Source: Octopus sinensis (lineage: Eukaryota). Taken from it: a stretch of 26,341 bases of DNA. The notes below the pieces were generated by a model. It saw nothing but the letters and a program-made list of their open reading frames with translations, did not search any database and was not told where the DNA came from. Made by a program: the position numbers and the translations under genes. Shown in pieces: positions 20,770-26,341 of the stretch. The stretch lies in NCBI RefSeq assembly GCF_006345805.1, contig NW_021834770.1, positions 1 to 26,341 on the forward strand. Direction: 5' to 3'. Position 1 is the first letter of the stretch. The number at the start of each line of letters is the position of its first letter.

Positions 20770-23700
20770 TGGTGAAACACCGAAAATTAAATATCACAAA
20801 GTATTTCTTCCGACGCTCAAACGATTCTGCCAAGACAGCAACTTGCCTCAGCCTAAACAACGGTTTCACATTTTGGCACACGGTCTGCAGACACAGCGAG
20901 TGAGTCTTAGACGATTACATGGTCCCCAGTGAATGACTGGTATTTTACGTTATTGACCCTGAATGTATGAAAGACAAAGTTAACCTCGACAGTTTTCGAA
21001 CTCAGAACGTAAAGAGCCGGAAAAAATGCTGCAAAGCATTTCGTCCATCATGCTAATGGTTCTGTTCCTTCGCCGTCTTTATCCGTCTCAATAAGGGTTT
21101 CAAATTTTGGTACAAAACCAGCAATTTTGAAGGGTGGAGGGACCCAGTTCTATCAACTGCAATACTTGACTGGTACTTTATTTTGATGACTCCCGAAAGG
21201 ATAAGAAGCAACCTCGGCCTCGACGGAATTTCAACAATCCTGCCAGCTCGCTGCCTTCCTCAGTCTACTTTCTACTACAGCCCATGTTCTGAATTTTAAC
21301 AGATGGCGCTAGTCGACTACGTTGAATCTTTGATCAATAGAGACATTGTATCGACCCCGAAACGATGAAATGAAAAGTGAACCCCTATGGAATTTGATCG
21401 TAAAGATCGAAAATATGCCCGGCATGCTAGCAACTCTGCCAGCTCGCCCCTTAACACCCCCACCTCGTCTAAATAACAAATTCAAATTTTGATACTAGGC
21501 CAGTAAGTTCGTGGGTGGGAGTCAGTCAATTCCATCGTCCCCAGCACTTGACTGTTACTTATTTTATCGAAGGCAAAGTCGACCCCAAGAGAATTTGAAA
21601 TCAGAGCGAAAAGTCGGATGAAATGGATTTTTCCAATTCGCCGCCTTAAACCTCAGTCTATATAAACCTTTCAACTATAAGCACAAGATCTGAAATTTGG
21701 TCGAGCGGGAATTCAATTAAATCGACCCCAGTACGCAAATGGTACATAATTTATCGATCCCGAAAGAATGAAAGGAAAAGTCGACCGCGGCGGAATTTGA
21801 ACTCAGAGCGTAGACATAAACGAAATGCTGCTAACCGTTTCGTCCGGCGTGCTCACTATTCCACCAGCTCAACGCCTTAAAACTCAATCCCACACTGGGT
21901 AATTTCCCAGGGTCCTCATAGATCTAGGGGCCCAATTCTAATCTATGTATACTGTGGTTTGCTGTCAATAAATAAATACTATAGGGCCCAGTACATTGAT
22001 TTGCCTTGGAGTGTGGACTTTAATAATAGGCAGTGATGTAGTCAGGTTCTAAAGTTAGGGGAGCAAGTATATTAAAAATGGTTCTGTGACCTGAAATTTG
22101 GGGGACTTTTTTCATCGACCCCGAAAGGATGAAAGGCAAAATCGCTCCCAGCGGAATTTGAATTCGGAGCGTAAACGTAAACTAAATGCTGCTAAGTGTT
22201 TCGTCCGGCGTGCTCACGATTCCACCAGCTCGCCGCCTTAAAACTCAATTCAAATAATCATTTCTACTTCAGACACAAGGCCTGAAATTTGGGAGACTTT
22301 TTTCATCGACCCCGAAAGAATGAAAGGCAAAATCGCTCCCAGCGGAATTTGAATTCGGAGCGTAAACGTAAACTAAATGCTGCTAAACGTTTCGCCCGGC
22401 CTGCTAACGATTCCGCCAGCTCTCCGCCTTACATCTTAATCTAAATAATGATCAACAAAACGCATCATACTTCACAGCGCACATCCTACCCATTCGTGTA
22501 TCAGCCTTGCACATTACATAATACTTCATAGTATTACATCACTGAACTACACGAATCCTTGCAATACACTTCACTTCAGTATCTCGCAACACACCACACT
22601 CCTACATCCCTACCGAGAGAACATTACCATATATCAACGTTGCACCGCGTCAGTCTTTGTAACCCAACTACTGTCACCGAAGTAGTTCATTTTACAATTA
22701 ATTTCCAGTGTTGAGGTAAATCCTCCCAGGAGAGACTAAAACCATGCAAAGATACAGACGACCAGAGAGAAATGACTGTTTGTTACGACGAAAGCTGAGA
22801 TAAGCTGCAGAATTTATAACTGACTTCAAAGATAACGCAATATCTTGGTAGGCGTTGCACAAATTAGCTTCAGTCAACACAAGCTCAAATAATGATCCAG
22901 ATTTTACATGTAATTCTTAAGAGGATTGAGAAATTGTCAATCTAATTTATGTGGCAGATGAATGAGAAGACGTGAATGAAGGTGAGCCTTGTTTCTTGTT
23001 GGGTTCAAAGACTTTTCTAAAGACATGAGCAATATAAAGTGCAATTGAACAGCTGCTTAGAATCAGACGTAGGTCACAGACTCCGACGTCTGATAAGCGT
23101 AACTCTAATCTCAGTTGCACCCGAAAAGATGAATGTAAACTATAATTTGAAATACCCAGTAGATAAAGTTTCCTTTTGTTGACCGCTAGGAATCAAAGGG
23201 TCCGAACACGGTTTCAATGGCGTTTATGTAGCTGACATCACATTCCCGCTGAAAGGGGCGTCACTCGGTCGCAGGGTTCAAGGCCATTGAGTTTTGAAGG
23301 GGAAGAGAGAGACAAGTCGATTACAACGACCCCAGTACTTGACTGGTCGTTTATTTTATGAGTCCTGAAGGGAAGGATGAAAGGCAAAGATGACAATGGC
23401 GGGATTTGAACTGAGGACGTTAAGAGCCGTAACAAACACTGCAAAGTATTTTGTCCAGCGCTCGAACGATTATGCCAGACCGCCACCTTTGTTAACCAAA
23501 TAAATTCTTCCCCACTTTTTTTTTTTTTAGTTAACTCTAGGAAAATTGACCTCGCAGGATGTGAAATCAGAACGTAACGAACCGGAAGAAATGCTGCTAA
23601 GCATTTTGTCCGACGTGCTAACGAGTCTACCAGCTCACCGCCTAAAGCAAAAGTTTTTGGTATTAAGTTTTGGTACAAAGCTAGCAATTTCGGAGACGGA

Positions 23701-23870
23701 GGTAAGTCGATTATATCGACCCCCACTCTCCCCCAATCAGTGCTCAATCAACCAGTACTTATGATACCAGCCCTGAAAGTATGAAAGGCAAAACCGACCC
23801 CGGTAGAATTTGAACCCAGAGCATAAAGACAGACGAAATACAACAAACCATTTCCCCCATCTCGCCGCCT
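20770..23870 (-). mobile_element. Cluster of ~11 co-oriented tRNA-derived SINE copies (Meta/MESC-core-like)
   Basis: On +, repeated ATCGACCCC..AAAG.ATGAAAGGCAAA.TCGAC..CGGAATTTGAA.TC.GA.CGTA...TTCGTCCGG..TGCT.ACGATTC..CCAGCTCGCCGCCTT. Copies end near 20845, 21079, 21258, 21452, 21649, 21878, 22239, 22430, 23489, 23643 and 23870. On -, these read as an A-box/B-box head plus a GCCTTTCATCCTTTCGGGGTCGAT core. Confidence 0.85.
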
Positions 23871-24532
23871 GAAGAAAATATTGGTTGCTATTAAAATTAG
23901 ATTTCATTTGCAAATGTTATTTTTTTTCTTTATATTTTATATTCTTTATTTTTCCTAAATTCCAGTTTAGTTCATCTTTGAAGAGTTAGTTACGCAGTAA
24001 ATAATATATTCTTCGTCCTTTCTTTTTTTTCTTTTTTGAATTTTTTTTTCATTTATTTCTATTTATTTATCAACATTTTTTGCCATGGAACATTAACATA
24101 ATATTAATTTAGCTTTCTGATTATAATTCAGTACAGTATTAATCTCTCGTAATGCACTCATATACACATACACCCGTTCACATATACACATATACGCCCA
24201 TACACCAACACACTTATATATACTGACGCCCGTACAAAATCTCATTTATCTACCATAGGCCACACACACCCACACACACTTTCAAATACATACATACTTA
24301 CATACACATTACATTAATTCATGTATATGTGTGTGTCTGACTGTCTGTCTGTCTCTGTGTTTATATATATATATATGTATGTGTGGGTGTGTAAGTGTGT
24401 ATATATGTGTGTACGTGTCTATATACATGTATGTATGTATGTGTGGTGATGTATGTGTGTATATGTATGCGTATGTGTGCATGTAGGTATATGCATGCAT
24501 ATATGTAAGTTTGTGTATCTATACGTATGTGC

Positions 24533-24894
24533 ATGTGTAGCAAGGAATTCGCTTTCCAATCACAAGATTTCGGGTTCAGTCCTACGCGGGTCACCTTACG
24601 CAAATGTTTTCTACTTTAACCCTGGGCTGACCAAAGCCCTATGAGAGGATTTAGTAGTCGGAAAGCGAAAGAAGCTCGTTACATATACTCTGTGAGTGTG
24701 TCATTGTGCATGTTTATCCTCCACCACCGCCTAACGACCCGTGTTAGTTTGTTTACGTTGATGTAACTTAGCGGTTAAGCAAAACGATATCGATGGAACA
24801 AGTACCAGGGTTTTAAAAGATAAGTCCTGTGGTTGATTGATAGCAATAAATGCTTCAAAACCCAGGATAGCAACTGAAACCAATAAAATATAAA
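24533..24894 (+). mobile_element. Diverged copy of the microsatellite-containing SINE family
   Basis: GGGTTCAGTCC B box, GGGCTGACCAAAGCCCTATGAGAGGATTTAGTAG core, GTAACTTAGCGGTT, ATAAGTCCTG, CTGAAAC plus A-rich tail. Confidence 0.75.
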
Positions 24895-25160
24895 TGATGT
24901 ATGTATGTAAGTGTAGATGTGTATGTTTTATGTATGTATTCTCATGCATATAGTTACATATCTAGAGATGCTCATATATATTTAAATGATAAACTTGTGG
25001 AAAGTTTTACAGATATTTACAGTTCCAGTGATGGTTTGGATCTGTAGTCTTCGGATCAGCTTTCTCCTTTCTAGTTTTGAGAAACTAATTTCTCAGTATG
25101 TATGCATGTATGCACATATGTAGGTATGTACGTACGTAGGAATATATGCATGCTTTCTTG

Positions 25161-25279
<119 letters not shown>

Positions 25280-25286
25280 TCACACA

Positions 25287-26134
25287 CAGGGTGCAGTGAA
25301 TACACTGTTGTCGAAATTACGCAAAAATGAAAATAACACTGACATCTCATTTTAACAGATATATTTATCAAAATTACATTAAAATATCTTGAAATACTAA
25401 AGAGTAAATTTATTCAATAAAAACGTCATTGACTTCAACCATGGCCTCCAGACAACTTATGAATCTCCTGCAACTCTTCTGGACGCTCTCCTTGTTTAAG
25501 TTGGTAAATGCTGCCATAATCCTTGCCTTCAGTTCATCTTTGGTATCACAAGGAGTTTTGTTGGTCTCTCGCTCAACTGCACCCCACACATAATAATCAA
25601 GAAGATTGCAGTCTAGGGAGATAGGTGACCAGTTGTTAGGGATAATGTGGTCGCAGAAATTGCCTGATAGCCATGACAGAGTTCTCCTGTTTGTGTGACA
25701 TGGTGCACAGTCCTGTTGCCAGACAAAGGGTCTTCCAGCAGGCACTTGATCTAGGCCTCCGTGTTGAGTGAGAGGCCGTGTGGGAAGGTGAATGGAGGCA
25801 TTAAGTCGCCATTACTAGTGATCACTCCATACACCATGATGTTCACTGGATGTTTGATTTTTAGCATTCTCGGTACATGTCCTCAGATTGCACTGTTCGC
25901 AGATTGACACTCAGACACTCTGAAATTTTCGTATTGGAGCTTCCAGTGCGAAAGCCAAGTAGTACAGCATATCGTTTCCAAATTTCTGGCAGAGTGAATT
26001 GCGTCATGGTGGTACCCTTTTTCTCACAGACAATGCCCAACTGACCCTACTAAACTGTGTACTCGACAAAATCAAAAACCAGCGCATGCGCGTGAAATTA
26101 AATTTAAAGTGACGACAAATTACCCATCGCACAC

Positions 26135-26136
<2 letters not shown>
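25287..26136 (-). mobile_element. Internally deleted Tc1/mariner element, DD37D (maT) family
   Basis: 26-bp degenerate TIRs 25287-25312 and 26111-26136 (17/26 match); transposase remnants between them. Confidence 0.85.
25410..26007 (-). pseudogene. maT/DD37D transposase remnant
   Basis: ATG at 26007: MTQFTLPEIWKRYAVLLGFRTGSSNTKISECLSVNLRTVQ (HTH-like), fused to KIKHPVNIMVYGVITSNGD. Downstream QQDCAPCH...WSPISLDCNLLDYYVWG has exactly 37 residues between the second and third catalytic Asp. Confidence 0.85.
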
Positions 26137-26177
<41 letters not shown>

Positions 26178-26341
26178 ATATATATATATATATATGTGTG
26201 TGTGTGTATGTACATAATAAACGCGAAAACAAATTTCTGTGTGTCCGTGTGTCACACTCAGACACCCTCTCCCACTATTCAGTGACACTATTTCTCATGA
26301 TGGGATGAGAGTAGTAGTGGGCAGAGTGACGGTGAGGGCGA

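Noticed and set aside
22958-22981. 24-nt micro-exon (AG ... AAG|GTGAG)
   Set aside because: TGA stops in all three frames.
23238-23764. 169-aa and 72-aa ORFs
   Set aside because: Run across SINE copies; no protein motifs.
25010-25065. Minus-strand CUGAUCCGAAGAC...GGAACUGUA as a hammerhead
   Set aside because: Core has insertions, GAAA is absent and stems are unconvincing; at most a heavily decayed relic.

Overview
AT-rich, repeat-saturated eukaryotic DNA with no supportable host protein-coding exon. The tRNA-derived SINE families look octopus/cephalopod-like (recognition from memory, not a database result). The centrepiece is a 5'-truncated Penelope-like retroelement (PLE; RT plus GIY-YIG, Neptune-like) at 3522-7714. 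It is bounded by 396-bp inverted pseudo-LTRs that are 98.7% identical, and each arm carries a variant minimal hammerhead-like motif. Its ORF has a long N-terminal extension and eight same-direction (-1) frameshifts. Five further hammerhead(-like) motifs lie outside the PLE, including one with a fully canonical core and long stem II at 11732-11813 (-). The window also holds a CR1-group LINE 3' end sharing its tail with local SINEs, an RTE LINE fragment and an internally deleted DD37D (maT) mariner. Other contents are two hAT-like MITEs (one hosting a foldback-like GTGACTTT array), a Helitron-like element, a cluster of about 11 same-strand SINEs, degenerate minisatellites and many microsatellites. 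Most ORFs in the supplied track are microsatellite or antisense artefacts.
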